From assembly GCA_944367955.1 (NCBI GenBank), contig CALVWU010000001.1:2103-66102 (forward strand): a stretch of DNA of 64,000 bases, read 5' to 3'. The notes below the pieces were generated by a model, which made no database searches, had not been told where the DNA came from, and saw only the letters and a list, made by a program, of their open reading frames with translations. The DNA is from an uncultured Clostridia bacterium (GTDB lineage: Bacteria; Bacillota; Clostridia; Christensenellales; Borkfalkiaceae). Position numbers and translations under genes: made by a program. This document shows positions 8,748 to 18,919 of this stretch, in pieces (the first letter of the stretch is position 1; each line of letters starts with the position of its first letter).

Positions 8748-9527
8748 ATGATAATTTGTCTTGATGTAGGAAATACAAATATCAAATACGCGCTTTTTGA
8801 GGGTGACGACTTTGTTTTGAGTTTTCGCGTTGCCACCGAGCATAAAAAGACTTCGGATGAATACGGCGGACAGCTTATAAGCATATTAAAGAATAACGGC
8901 GTAAAGCCGGACGAAATAAAGGGCGGGATAATATCTTCCGTAGTTCCGCCGCTCGATTATACCCTTGAAAGAATGTGCCGCACATACCTGCACATAAAGC
9001 CTTTGATAGTGGGCGCGGGGTTAAAGACGGGCATGAACTTAAAGGTGGACAATGCAAAGGAAGTGGGGGCCGACAGAGTAGTAAATAACGTTGCTGCCGT
9101 GAAAAAGTACGGTGCGCCGCTGATAGTTATCGACTTCGGCACGGCGACCACGTTCAACGTGATCGATGAAAAATCACAGTTCAGAGGCGGTGTGATCGCG
9201 CCCGGAATAAAGGGGTCGCTCGACAGTCTTGTAAACGGCACGGCAAAGTTGCCGAGGGTGGAGATAGAAAGGCCCGATAAAGTTATCGGAACCAACACCG
9301 TAACAAACATGCAGTCGGGCATATTTTACGGATTTGCGGGATTGGTTGAGTACATCGTAAAAAAGATAAAAAAAGAGATGAAGTGCGACGGTATAACCAC
9401 CGTTGCAACCGGCGGCTTTTCCGAGATAATCGCAAGCGAGATCTCTTGCATAGATCATGTGGACAAGCTGCTCACGTTGGAAGGATTGAAATATCTTTAT
9501 AATATGAACTGCATGGAGGAACATTAA
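8748..9527 (+). CDS. coaX: Type III pantothenate kinase
   Basis: N-terminal LDVGNTNIKYALF and the ASKHA-fold motifs IDFGTATT and TGG. Confidence 0.9.
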   Translation: MIICLDVGNTNIKYALFEGDDFVLSFRVATEHKKTSDEYGGQLISILKNNGVKPDEIKGGIISSVVPPLDYTLERMCRTYLHIKPLIVGAGLKTGMNLKVDNAKEVGADRVVNNVAAVKKYGAPLIVIDFGTATTFNVIDEKSQFRGGVIAPGIKGSLDSLVNGTAKLPRVEIERPDKVIGTNTVTNMQSGIFYGFAGLVEYIVKKIKKEMKCDGITTVATGGFSEIIASEISCIDHVDKLLTLEGLKYLYNMNCMEEH

Positions 9528-10813
9528 TGAAAAAAGTCGGCGTAGCAATTCTCGGTCTCGGCGTTGTGGGGGGCGGTACTTATCGGATTTTAACCGAACA
9601 CCGCGAGATGTATAAAAAATGCCACAAGATCGATATAGCCGTCGAGGCCGTTTTGGAACGCAACAGCGAAAAGGCATTGGCCCTCGGCATCGAGCCCGAA
9701 AAGATCGCAAAAAATATCCAGGAGATCTGTTCTAATCCCGATGTCGACATTGTGGTGGAAGTGATGGGCGGCGTCGAGCCTGCAAAGAGCTTTGTTCTCG
9801 ACTGTCTGTATGCGGGAAAATCGGTTGTAACTTCAAATAAAGAACTGTTTTGCAAATACAGTCACGAGCTTGAAGTCGCTGCAAAAAAGAACCATTGCGG
9901 ATTGTTCTATGAGGCGAGTTGCGTAGGCGGCGTACCTGTGATACGCGCGCTTTTGGATAATCTTCAGGGCAATAAGATTTTGTCTATGATGGGGATAATA
10001 AACGGCACAACCAATTATATCCTTACCAAGATGTCCGCCGAAGGTTCCGATTACAAAGAGGTTTTAAAAGAAGCGCAAAAGCTCGGCTATGCCGAAGCGA
10101 ATCCCACAGCCGACGTTGAAGGGTACGACGCAACTTATAAACTTTCTATTCTTTCCAGTCTTGCATTCCACACAAAAATTCCCTATACAAAAATTTACCG
10201 CGAAGGCATCACCGATATCGAAGTGACCGATATTGAATACGGCAAAAAATTCGGCTATGCATTAAAACTGCTTGCAATAGGCAAAAACGGTGAAAGCGGC
10301 ATAGAAGTAAGGGTGCACCCGTCATTCATTAAAAATACTCACCCGCTCGCGGGGGTAAACGACAGTTATAACGCCGTATTCATAACCGGCGACAGCGTTG
10401 AAGACGTTATGCTGTACGGCAGAGGTGCCGGAGCACTTCCGACGGGCAGCGCGATAGTGGGCGACATTATATATTGCGCCACGCATTCGAATTATCAGTA
10501 TTTGACCTTTGAAAATACCGAGGACGCCTCGCCGAGCACCAAATTTGTAGATAATTTCGAAAGCGCGTATTATTTAAGACTCAATGCCACAGACCGCTCC
10601 GGCGTACTTGCCAAGGTTGCCGCAATATTTGCGAAGTGCAAAATCAGCGTTGCACAGATGACGCAGGAGAACAGCAGGGCCGCAGACGGAACCGTTCCGC
10701 TCATTTTTATCACCCACGTTACGCGCGAAAACAACGTAACAAAGGCGGTGCAGATGATAAGCGAATGCGAAGAAGTTGCAAAAGTTGCTGCCGTGATAAG
10801 AGTAGTTTCTTAA
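9527..10813 (+). CDS. hom: Homoserine dehydrogenase with C-terminal ACT domain
   Basis: GLGVVGGG NAD-binding motif, the catalytic region, and an ACT-like tail. TAATG overlap with coaX. Confidence 0.9.
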   Translation: MKKVGVAILGLGVVGGGTYRILTEHREMYKKCHKIDIAVEAVLERNSEKALALGIEPEKIAKNIQEICSNPDVDIVVEVMGGVEPAKSFVLDCLYAGKSVVTSNKELFCKYSHELEVAAKKNHCGLFYEASCVGGVPVIRALLDNLQGNKILSMMGIINGTTNYILTKMSAEGSDYKEVLKEAQKLGYAEANPTADVEGYDATYKLSILSSLAFHTKIPYTKIYREGITDIEVTDIEYGKKFGYALKLLAIGKNGESGIEVRVHPSFIKNTHPLAGVNDSYNAVFITGDSVEDVMLYGRGAGALPTGSAIVGDIIYCATHSNYQYLTFENTEDASPSTKFVDNFESAYYLRLNATDRSGVLAKVAAIFAKCKISVAQMTQENSRAADGTVPLIFITHVTRENNVTKAVQMISECEEVAKVAAVIRVVS

Positions 10814-10825
10814 AAAGTACAGTTT

Positions 10826-10861
10826 AAAGTGCGCCGCGTAATTTTTACGCGGCGCACTTTT
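10826..10861. terminator. Intrinsic terminator (16-bp stem) between convergent hom and the aminopeptidase gene
   Basis: aaagtgcgccgcgtaa / ttacgcggcgcacttt. Confidence 0.75.
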
Positions 10862-10921
10862 GATGCGTGATTTTTAAATTTTACAAACTACTATGTGTGA
10901 TATAATAGGCAAATTTAGGCC

Positions 10922-12148
10922 TTAAAACGCCCAGTTGCCGTTTTTGAATACCTGAATCCGTTTACCGTCGGCGGTAATGCCTACAATCGAAAGGTCTTTG
11001 CTGCCTATCATAAAATCCACATGGATCATTGAATTGTTTATGCCGAGCTTTTGGCATTCCTCGTTTGAATAATTTTCGTATCCTTCGAGACAGTTGTTAA
11101 AGCCGCGGCCGAGAGCGAGGTGGCAACTTGCGTTTTCGTCGAACAGGGTGTTGTAAAACAGAATGCCCGTGTTGTTGATCGGGGAATTATACGCGATAAA
11201 CGCGACTTCGCCGAGATAGGCCGCGCCTTCGTCCATCGCGATCATCTTTTCGAGTACGTCCTTGTTCTTTTCGGCACCGACGTTCACCGCCTTACCGTCT
11301 TTGAATTCTATCCAGAAGTTTTCGATAAGTTTGCCTTGATACGACAGGGGTTTTGTTGAATAAACTATGCCGTCGGCTCTGCCGCGCATGGGAGAGGTAA
11401 AAACTTCTTCGCTGGGGATGTTGGGGTTGAAGTAGATGTTCGAGCCGAGGGTTGTTTCGCCGCCGCCGCAGAATATTCCCTTGGGATTAAGCCCCACCGT
11501 AAAGCGCGTTCCGTTCGATGAGGAATACTCCAATCTGTCAAAACGGTAGTCGTTTAAAAATTTGCAGCGCGAATAAAGATTTTTATTGTGTTCTTCCCAT
11601 TCGGCTATCGGATCTTCGGTTATGCGCGAACAATCAAAAATCGCTTCCCAAAGCTTTTCAACGGCTTCTTCGTCTGAAAGTTCGGGGAATATTTTGCGCG
11701 CCCACGCTTTGCCGGGAACGGCCACGATGCACCATTGATACTTATTTTCCATTGCGTCGCGGAACGGCTTAATATACGGGTAGCGGGCCATATTTGCGTC
11801 GGCGATCTTTTTACTGTCGGTACCCGCAAGTCCGTCGGGATCGTCGGAATCAAGCCACAAAAGGCAGGTCTTTTTGTTTACTCTGTCCTGCCATTCGGCC
11901 CTTTCGATATCCGTAAATTCGGCAAGAGTTTCGGGCGAGCGGTACAAAAAGTGTATCTTACTCAAAGGCTGGTGCGACCATTTAACGGTTACGCGTTTCG
12001 CCCCCGCCTTATAGCATTCTTCCGCAACCAATGTTACGAAATCGGGTTGGTCAAGGTTGCACTGGATAAGCACTTCTTGACCGTTTTGTACGTTTAAGCC
12101 GCGCTTAACGATAAGTTCGGCATAGTTTTTAAGCTTTGTTTTATCCAT
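10922..12148 (-). CDS. M29-family aminopeptidase (AmpS/PepS-like)
   Basis: Full-length similarity pattern to aminopeptidase II family proteins (YAELIVKRGLNVQ.. HLALG). Confidence 0.85.
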   Translation of the reverse strand: MDKTKLKNYAELIVKRGLNVQNGQEVLIQCNLDQPDFVTLVAEECYKAGAKRVTVKWSHQPLSKIHFLYRSPETLAEFTDIERAEWQDRVNKKTCLLWLDSDDPDGLAGTDSKKIADANMARYPYIKPFRDAMENKYQWCIVAVPGKAWARKIFPELSDEEAVEKLWEAIFDCSRITEDPIAEWEEHNKNLYSRCKFLNDYRFDRLEYSSSNGTRFTVGLNPKGIFCGGGETTLGSNIYFNPNIPSEEVFTSPMRGRADGIVYSTKPLSYQGKLIENFWIEFKDGKAVNVGAEKNKDVLEKMIAMDEGAAYLGEVAFIAYNSPINNTGILFYNTLFDENASCHLALGRGFNNCLEGYENYSNEECQKLGINNSMIHVDFMIGSKDLSIVGITADGKRIQVFKNGNWAF

Positions 12149-12237
12149 TTGAACGATCCTTTAAAATATTTATTTACACGATTTTAGCATTTTAAAAAAA
12201 ATTTGTAAAGAATAATTGCTTTTTCTTTAAAAAATGC

Positions 12238-12266
12238 TTGATTTTTCGCACGATTTTTAATATTAT
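12238..12266 (+). promoter_or_regulatory. sigA-type promoter TTGATT-17-TATTAT upstream of tRNA-Ser
   Basis: Motif spacing read from the sequence. Confidence 0.5.
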
Positions 12267-12300
12267 AATAACTGCTTGCGATGTTAAGCAGGCATCGCAT

Positions 12301-12390
12301 GCGGAGATGGCTGAGCGGTTTAAGGCGCACGATTGGAAATCGTGTTACGGTTAACCCCGTACGGAGGTTCAAATCCTCTTCTCCGCGCCA
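12301..12390 (+). tRNA. tRNA-Ser (anticodon GGA), class II with long variable arm, encoded CCA
   Basis: Acceptor GCGGAGA/TCTCCGC, anticodon loop TTGGAAA, T-loop GGTTCAAATCC, 3' GCCA. Confidence 0.9.
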
Positions 12391-12391
12391 A

Positions 12392-12427
12392 TCCCCGCTG
12401 ACGGTTTTTACCGTCAGCGGGGATTTT
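12392..12427 (+). terminator. Intrinsic terminator after tRNA-Ser
   Basis: tccccgctgacgg-N6-ccgtcagcgggga, then tttt. Confidence 0.8.
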
Positions 12428-12528
12428 CTATGGGCGGAGTATAGAGGCGTTGAGGGGAGGCAAGCAAGCAAAAGCTTGCGCAGGTCGGCGGATTTGCAAT
12501 TATAGGGGATAAATATAAAAAAGGGCGG

Positions 12529-12867
12529 TTAGTTACCGTCCTTTTTAAGTTCATCGAGTTGATTTTCAGACGCGAAAACGCGCTCCTTTTTGTGCGATTT
12601 TTTTCGCAGCATTGAAAAATCCTTAACGGCTAACATTATCATGCCGACAAATCCGCATAGTGCGCCGAAAAGAGATATAGCACAATAAGATAAACAAAAA
12701 ATCAACATCTCTTTAAAGCTTTCGATTATTGTGGGGCCATAATCTTCTGCATATATTGTTATGCTTTGGTAATAAGAGATTGCGCTATTAATAAAAACGT
12801 GTGCTGCGGCTACGGCTGCAATAACGGATATCAACAAGAATACTTCAATTATAATTGTGCGCTTCAT
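12529..12867 (-). CDS. Small membrane protein (112 aa), apparently leaderless
   Basis: Three hydrophobic segments. A consensus promoter abuts the ATG. No SD. Confidence 0.45.
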   Translation of the reverse strand: MKRTIIIEVFLLISVIAAVAAAHVFINSAISYYQSITIYAEDYGPTIIESFKEMLIFCLSYCAISLFGALCGFVGMIMLAVKDFSMLRKKSHKKERVFASENQLDELKKDGN

Positions 12868-12873
12868 GTATTC

Positions 12874-12902
12874 AGTATATTATTTAATAAATACATTGTC
12901 AA
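12874..12902 (-). promoter_or_regulatory. sigA-type promoter TTGACA-17-TATACT ending 6 nt before the ATG at 12867
   Basis: On the minus strand: -35 at 12897-12902, -10 at 12874-12879. Confidence 0.55.
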
Positions 12903-13132
12903 GGAGAATTTTTACAAAATTCATCGGTTGAACAACCTGATGCCACAGATGTTGCACGGCTGCATTAAAAACATGAGCGAAAAGAACCGTCGGTGACAGA
13001 AATTAAAATATACCCGCTCTTTTTTAACGTTTTACGATGGTTATACGGCCATGGAAACGCAACCTTAAATATTTATTAAAAAAAATGTAGTAAAAGTGTA
13101 CTTTTACTACACGCCGCAAGGAGGACAAAACA

Positions 13133-14059
13133 ATGAAAAAAGGTTTATTTGCCATGGCCTTAGCACTTATATGCGCCATGGCCTGCATGTTCGGACTTGT
13201 CGCTTGCAACGACGAGGAAAGGACGACTGCCGTTGAAAGCGTAACGCTGAACAAAACCGAGCTTACGCTGGAAGTCGGCGACGAGGAGACGCTCACGGCG
13301 ACGGTCGCGCCGGACGACGCGATGGATAAAACGGTGACGTGGACGTCGGATAACACCGCTATTGCAACGGTGGAAAACGGCAAGGTTACGGCTGTTGCGG
13401 CGGGCAGAGCCACAATTACGGCGAAAGCGGGCGATAAAACCGCTGCATGCGCAGTCACCGTAAAAGAAGCTTTGACGGAAGGCACCGATTTTGACGCGCT
13501 CGTTTCGGATAAAGTTACCGAAGATGAGTGGAAAGCGGCGTTTTCCGAAAGTTCGTTTGCAAATGCAACGATAGAAAGTTTAGGCCAAACTATCGGTTAT
13601 CTCAAAATACAGGAAAACATCAGGTATATGTCGGCAAAGCACGAAGGATATGAAGACACAATATATGGTTACTTTGTAGAGGAAGGCGAGCAAAGATTTA
13701 TATATATGTCCGAAGACGGGGAAAGTTTTATCGAGTATCCCGAAGACGAAGAAATGCTTGACGAATTATATTTTTCGTTCAAGTTACTGTGTCCCGATTT
13801 TAGCTTGAATTATGCGGAATTTACTTATGATGAGGAAAGCGGCGCATATGTATGCGATAGAACAATTTTATCTAATCCGCCTTTGGAAAAGTATGACGAT
13901 TTTCCGTATACAAATATATCAATTAAAATTATTGACGGTAAACTTGCCGTTATTGTTTGCGATAGAGTAGAATATGACGAGCATTATGAATTTCATATGT
14001 ACGATTACGGAAAAACGGAAATAACGCCGCCTGCAATAATTGAAAATAACGTTGCTTAA
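13133..14059 (+). CDS. Lipoprotein with bacterial Ig-like (Big_2) domain
   Basis: Lipobox LVAC. Big_2 signature LTLEVGDEETLTATVAPDDA..VTWTSDNTAIATV. AAGGAGG RBS. Confidence 0.7.
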   Translation: MKKGLFAMALALICAMACMFGLVACNDEERTTAVESVTLNKTELTLEVGDEETLTATVAPDDAMDKTVTWTSDNTAIATVENGKVTAVAAGRATITAKAGDKTAACAVTVKEALTEGTDFDALVSDKVTEDEWKAAFSESSFANATIESLGQTIGYLKIQENIRYMSAKHEGYEDTIYGYFVEEGEQRFIYMSEDGESFIEYPEDEEMLDELYFSFKLLCPDFSLNYAEFTYDEESGAYVCDRTILSNPPLEKYDDFPYTNISIKIIDGKLAVIVCDRVEYDEHYEFHMYDYGKTEITPPAIIENNVA

Positions 14060-14092
14060 CACTGTTCAATAGATATAACTCAGCATTAAATT

Positions 14093-14126
14093 AAAGGCGT
14101 TCGCGCAAATTTGTGCGAACGCCTTT
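14093..14126. terminator. Bidirectional intrinsic terminator
   Basis: aaaggcgttcgc-N10-gcgaacgccttt. Confidence 0.7.
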
Positions 14127-14158
14127 AATTACGATTGAAAATACTGCAATATTTTTAT

Positions 14159-15328
14159 TCACTTTACATGCAATACAAAAAACTTTAAATATTGCGTTTC
14201 TTCGGCGCAGAGCAGCGAAGGGTGGTCGGGAGCCTGCGTTTTAACTTCAACCGAACGCACGATGCGTCCCGATTGTCTTGCGGCTTCGATAAGCATTTTT
14301 TCAAACAGCGGCAAAGTCATATAGTGGGAACACGAGCAGGTTATCAAAAAACCGCCGCTTTTTACTATTTTCATTGCGGTTGCGTTGATGTCGCGGTAGC
14401 CGCGATAGGCGTCTTTAACCTGATCCGTGCTTTTGCAGAACGCGGGAGGATCGAGTATAACGACGTCGAACTTTTTCTTCTCCTGTCTGAACGTGCGCAA
14501 CACCTCAAACACATCGCCGCACAGCGTTTCGATGTTGTCAAGACCGTTCAATCGCGCGTTGTCTTCAACGTTCTTTAACGCGAGCGGCGAGATGTCGCAG
14601 GCCGTCACGTGCCCGGCCGCGGTAGCCGCGTTCAGCGAAAAACCGCCGCTGTTGCAAAAACAATCGAGAACTTCGCTTGCGTTTGCGCAGTATCTGCGCA
14701 CGGCGAAGCGGTTCTCTTTTTGGTCGAGGAAATAGCCGGTTTTTTGGCCGTTTTTTACGTCCACAAGCATTTTCAACCCGTTTTCGCATACCTGCACATA
14801 GTCGTCCACCTGCCCGAACAGCAGCCCTTTTGCTTCGGGCAAGCCCTCTTTTTTGCGCACCGCAACGTCGCTGCGTTCATAGATACCTTTGGGTGAGAAC
14901 AGTTCGTTTAAACATTCTACTATCATGTTTTTGCGCATATCGATGCCGAGGGACAGACACTGCAAAACGAGAACGTCGCCGTACCTGTCGATTATCAGCG
15001 CGGGCAGGTCGTCGGCTTCGGCAAATACCATGCGATAGCAACTCTCGTAGCCGAGAGATCTTCTGTAATCGTCGGCGGCCTTGATGCGCTGCAAATAGAG
15101 CTGTTTATCGTCCTGTTCGCCGCCGCGGATGAAGATACGTACCAATATTTTTGAGGCATGGTTGATGTATCCCTTGCCGATGTATCGCCCGTCATGCGAA
15201 TACACCGTGGCAAGCGAGCCGTTTTTATCCTTGTTTTCGATGCGCTCGACTTCGTTTGCATACACCCAGCTGTGCCCCGCAACGATGCGCTTTTCTTCGT
15301 TTTTCTTTAAATATAACTCGTAAGGCAT
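14159..15328 (-). CDS. Class I SAM-dependent rRNA (cytosine-C5) methyltransferase, RlmI-like with PUA domain
   Basis: N-terminal PUA-like region (HSWVYANEV), a SAM-binding motif (VLDCFCNSGGFS) and DPPAF. Confidence 0.82.
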   Translation of the reverse strand: MPYELYLKKNEEKRIVAGHSWVYANEVERIENKDKNGSLATVYSHDGRYIGKGYINHASKILVRIFIRGGEQDDKQLYLQRIKAADDYRRSLGYESCYRMVFAEADDLPALIIDRYGDVLVLQCLSLGIDMRKNMIVECLNELFSPKGIYERSDVAVRKKEGLPEAKGLLFGQVDDYVQVCENGLKMLVDVKNGQKTGYFLDQKENRFAVRRYCANASEVLDCFCNSGGFSLNAATAAGHVTACDISPLALKNVEDNARLNGLDNIETLCGDVFEVLRTFRQEKKKFDVVILDPPAFCKSTDQVKDAYRGYRDINATAMKIVKSGGFLITCSCSHYMTLPLFEKMLIEAARQSGRIVRSVEVKTQAPDHPSLLCAEETQYLKFFVLHVK

Positions 15329-15379
15329 AATTTAATTGTATCAAACGCGCAGAATAATTGCAAACGAATTGAATTATTA

Positions 15380-15408
15380 TTGATTTTTTATGCGCCGTTT
15401 GGTATAAT
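15380..15408 (+). promoter_or_regulatory. sigA-type promoter TTGATT-17-(TGg)TATAAT ending 6 nt before the ATG at 15415
   Basis: -35 at 15380-15385, -10 at 15403-15408. Only tttttt separates the -10 from the ATG. Confidence 0.6.
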
Positions 15409-15414
15409 TTTTTT

Positions 15415-17145
15415 ATGAGAAAATTATTGAAATATCTCAAACATTATAAAATAGAGAGCGTTCTCGCGCCGTTTTTTAAACTGCTTGAAGCGGGATTCGA
15501 GCTTATCGTTCCACTTATTGTCGCGGCGATTATCGACGACGGCATTACGGGCGGAAGAGGTGCGGGGTATGTCGTATGGATGTGCGTCGCGCTTGTCGCC
15601 CTCGGCGTAGTGGGTTTGGCTTGTTCGGTTACCGCCCAGTATTTTGCGGCAAAAAGCGCGGTGGGCTTTGCAAAGGAACTGCGAAGCGACCTGTTTGCAA
15701 AAATGCAGTCGCTCACCTATTCGCAGATAGACGGCATAGGCACTTCGCGCATGATAACGCGCATGACGAGCGACGTCAATCAGATCCAGTCGGGCGTGAA
15801 CCTGGTGTTAAGGCTGTTTATGCGCTCGCCCTTTATCGTATTCGGTGCCATGATAATGGCGTTTACCATAAGCGCGACGGCCGGCGGCATTTTTGCCGCC
15901 ACGATAGCGGTGCTGTGCATAGCGGTTTTCGGCATAATGCTTGTAACCATTCCGCTTTACAGGCGTTCGCAGTCCGACCTGGACAAAGTGACCGCCGCCA
16001 CGCGGCAGACCCTCGTGGGCGTAAGAGTGCTGCGTGCGTTCTGCAAAGAGGATGAAGAGATAGCCGAGTTCAATAAAAAGAACGACGGTCTATGCGCCTC
16101 GCAAAAATTTGCCGGACTGATTTCGGCCCTTATGAACCCTTTAACATACGCCATCGTAAACGCCGGCACTATCGCACTCATCTATTCGGGCGCACTGCAG
16201 GTGGACGGAGGGATCATTACGCAGGGCGAAGTTATCGCGCTGTACAACTACATGGCTCAGATACTTGTAGAGCTTATCAAGCTTGCAAATCTTATAATCA
16301 CCGTTACAAAGTCATTTGCCTGCGCGACGAGAGTGAGCGAAGTGTTCGCGCTGCCGCGAGAGATGGTTGCGGACGGAATTTGTACAAAAAAGGACGGCGC
16401 GCCGTTTATTAAATTCAGCAATGTATCCGCCTGCTATTCGGGCGGAGCGAACGCGCTTACGGATATATCCTTCACTGCGGAACGCGGACAGACGATAGGC
16501 GTGATAGGCGGTACGGGATCGGGTAAATCAACTCTCGTGAATCTTATACCGCACTTTTACAAAGCAAAGAGCGGTACTGTTGAGATAGACGGCATAAATG
16601 TAAACGCTGCGGGCGATAAACGTCTGCGCGGGTTGTGCGGCATAGTTCCTCAAAGGGCCGTGCTTTTCAGCGGCAGCATACGCGAAAACATACAGTGGGG
16701 CAACGGCGAGGCTTCAGATGAGGAGATACTGCGCGCCGTCGAATGCGCATGCGCTTCCGAGGTTGTACGGTCAAAGGACGGCGGCCTTGACGCGTATGTG
16801 GAGCAGGGCGGCAAAAACTTTTCGGGCGGGCAGCGGCAGCGACTTACGATAGCACGCGCCCTCGTTAAGCGGCCGCAGATACTTATACTCGACGACAGCG
16901 CGTCTGCGCTCGATTATGCAACCGACGCGCGGCTGCGCGCGAATCTGCGCAACCTCGACTATTCGCCCACGGTGTTTATAGTGTCGCAGCGCACAAGTTC
17001 GATACGCGGCGCGGATAAGATACTCGTGCTTGACGAGGGTCGTCTGGTCGGCTGCGGCACTCACGAAGAACTTTTAAAAAATTGCGGACTTTATAGGGAA
17101 ATACATTACTCGCAATACGAAAAAAAGGAGGGGGCATGTCAATGA
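15415..17145 (+). CDS. ABC exporter permease/ATPase half-transporter (degenerate-site subunit of a heterodimer)
   Basis: TMD plus NBD. Walker A GGTGSGKST, signature FSGGQRQR. Walker B ILILDDSAS carries Asp in place of the catalytic Glu. Confidence 0.9.
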   Translation: MRKLLKYLKHYKIESVLAPFFKLLEAGFELIVPLIVAAIIDDGITGGRGAGYVVWMCVALVALGVVGLACSVTAQYFAAKSAVGFAKELRSDLFAKMQSLTYSQIDGIGTSRMITRMTSDVNQIQSGVNLVLRLFMRSPFIVFGAMIMAFTISATAGGIFAATIAVLCIAVFGIMLVTIPLYRRSQSDLDKVTAATRQTLVGVRVLRAFCKEDEEIAEFNKKNDGLCASQKFAGLISALMNPLTYAIVNAGTIALIYSGALQVDGGIITQGEVIALYNYMAQILVELIKLANLIITVTKSFACATRVSEVFALPREMVADGICTKKDGAPFIKFSNVSACYSGGANALTDISFTAERGQTIGVIGGTGSGKSTLVNLIPHFYKAKSGTVEIDGINVNAAGDKRLRGLCGIVPQRAVLFSGSIRENIQWGNGEASDEEILRAVECACASEVVRSKDGGLDAYVEQGGKNFSGGQRQRLTIARALVKRPQILILDDSASALDYATDARLRANLRNLDYSPTVFIVSQRTSSIRGADKILVLDEGRLVGCGTHEELLKNCGLYREIHYSQYEKKEGACQ

Positions 17146-18902
17146 AGGCACTCTCCAAAAGAGACGTCTACAAACGCATCTTCAAACAGCTTGCGCCCTA
17201 CAGAGCGCAGGTCGCGGCAACCATCATGCTCGCGCTCGTCACCGTTGCGGGCAATCTTTGGGTGCCAATCATCTTCGGCGACGTTATCGATCTGGTAATT
17301 TCTCCGGGCAACGTTAATTTTTCGGCCATGACCGAAAAATTCTGGCTGCTCGGCGGAGTCATCGGCGCAACCTGTGCCGCGCAGTGGCTGATGAACGTGA
17401 TCAACAACAAAATAACATACGAAGTTGTGCGCGACATTCGCGCCGCGGCGTTTGCACATATTCAGGTGTTGCCCTTAAACTACATCGACAGCCACTCATA
17501 CGGCGACGTGGTGAGCCGAAACATCGCCGACGTCGATCAGTTTGCCGACGGTCTTTTGATGGGATTTACTCAACTGTTCACGGGTGTGCTTACAATCATA
17601 GGCACCCTCGTGCTGATGCTGGCTATTAACTGGATAATCGCGCTGATCGTATTCTTTATTACGCCGCTGTCGCTTTTCGTTGCGCGTTTTATAGCAAAGC
17701 GCACCTACTCGCTGTTTATCGACGCTTCGCGGCTGCGCGGCGAGCAGACGGCGTTTGTCGAGGAGATGATAGATAATTTAAAAGTCGTTCAGGCCTTCAA
17801 CAGAGAAGAGCTTAACGGCCAAAAATTTGACGAAATAAATCAAAGGCTCACCAAGACTTCGTTAAAATCGATCTTTTATTCTTCGCTTACAAATCCCTGT
17901 ACGCGCTTTGTAAACAGCATCGTCTATGCGGCCGTGGCCCTTTCGGGCGCGCTTACGCTGATTTTTCCCTCAGTGCTGCCCGTCGCGTTTTCGGTTGGCA
18001 GACTTACAACGCTTTTAAGCTATTCAAATCAATACACAAAACCCTTCAACGAAATTTCGGGCGTGGTAACCGAGTTGCAGAACGCCGTGGCCTGTGCGGG
18101 ACGCATCTTCGAGCTTATCGACGAACCGGCCCAGCAGCCCGACGCAAAAGATGCGTTAGAACTTGAAAGCGCGAAGGGCGACGTGGCCTTTGAGGGCGTC
18201 ACTTTTTCGTACGATCCGCAAAAACCGCTTATACGCGATTTGAACATCCGCGCAAAAGCGGGGCAGCGAGTGGCGATAGTCGGGCCCACGGGCTGCGGCA
18301 AGACCACGCTTATAAATCTCTTGATGCGCTTTTACGATCCGCAGAGCGGAAGCATAAGCGTAGACGGCCGCGATACGCGCTCGGTCACCCGGCGTTCTCT
18401 TAGAAAGAATTACGGCATGGTGTTGCAGGATACATGGCTTAAAAGCGGCACGGTGCGCGAAAATATAATCATGGGCGCACCCGATGCAACCGACGAACAG
18501 GTGGTCGCCGCGGCAAAGGCCGCGCACGCGCACGGCTTTATAATGCAGATGGAACACGGTTATGATACCGTGATTGGCGAAGACGGCGGCAGTCTTTCGC
18601 AGGGGCAGAAACAGCTGCTGTGCATAACGCGAATAATGCTGTGTCTGCCGCCGATGCTCATACTCGACGAAGCGACGTCATCGATAGACACCCGCACCGA
18701 GATGCGCATTCAAAATGCGTTCGCCCGTCTTATGGAGGGGAGAACAAGCTTTATCGTCGCGCACAGGCTGTCGACGATTAAGGAAGCCGACATCATACTT
18801 GTCATGAAGGACGGAAATATAATCGAGCAGGGTACGCATGTTCAGCTGCTTGAAAAACGCGGATTCTATTTCAATTTATATAACAGTCAATTTGCCAGAT
18901 AA
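17136..18902 (+). CDS. ABC exporter permease/ATPase half-transporter (consensus-site subunit)
   Basis: Walker A GPTGCGKTT, signature LSQGQKQ, Walker B LILDEATS. AGGAGGGGG RBS. Overlaps the upstream gene by 10 nt. Confidence 0.9.
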   Translation: MSMKALSKRDVYKRIFKQLAPYRAQVAATIMLALVTVAGNLWVPIIFGDVIDLVISPGNVNFSAMTEKFWLLGGVIGATCAAQWLMNVINNKITYEVVRDIRAAAFAHIQVLPLNYIDSHSYGDVVSRNIADVDQFADGLLMGFTQLFTGVLTIIGTLVLMLAINWIIALIVFFITPLSLFVARFIAKRTYSLFIDASRLRGEQTAFVEEMIDNLKVVQAFNREELNGQKFDEINQRLTKTSLKSIFYSSLTNPCTRFVNSIVYAAVALSGALTLIFPSVLPVAFSVGRLTTLLSYSNQYTKPFNEISGVVTELQNAVACAGRIFELIDEPAQQPDAKDALELESAKGDVAFEGVTFSYDPQKPLIRDLNIRAKAGQRVAIVGPTGCGKTTLINLLMRFYDPQSGSISVDGRDTRSVTRRSLRKNYGMVLQDTWLKSGTVRENIIMGAPDATDEQVVAAAKAAHAHGFIMQMEHGYDTVIGEDGGSLSQGQKQLLCITRIMLCLPPMLILDEATSSIDTRTEMRIQNAFARLMEGRTSFIVAHRLSTIKEADIILVMKDGNIIEQGTHVQLLEKRGFYFNLYNSQFAR

Positions 18903-18919
18903 TCTTATCGGAGGAAAAA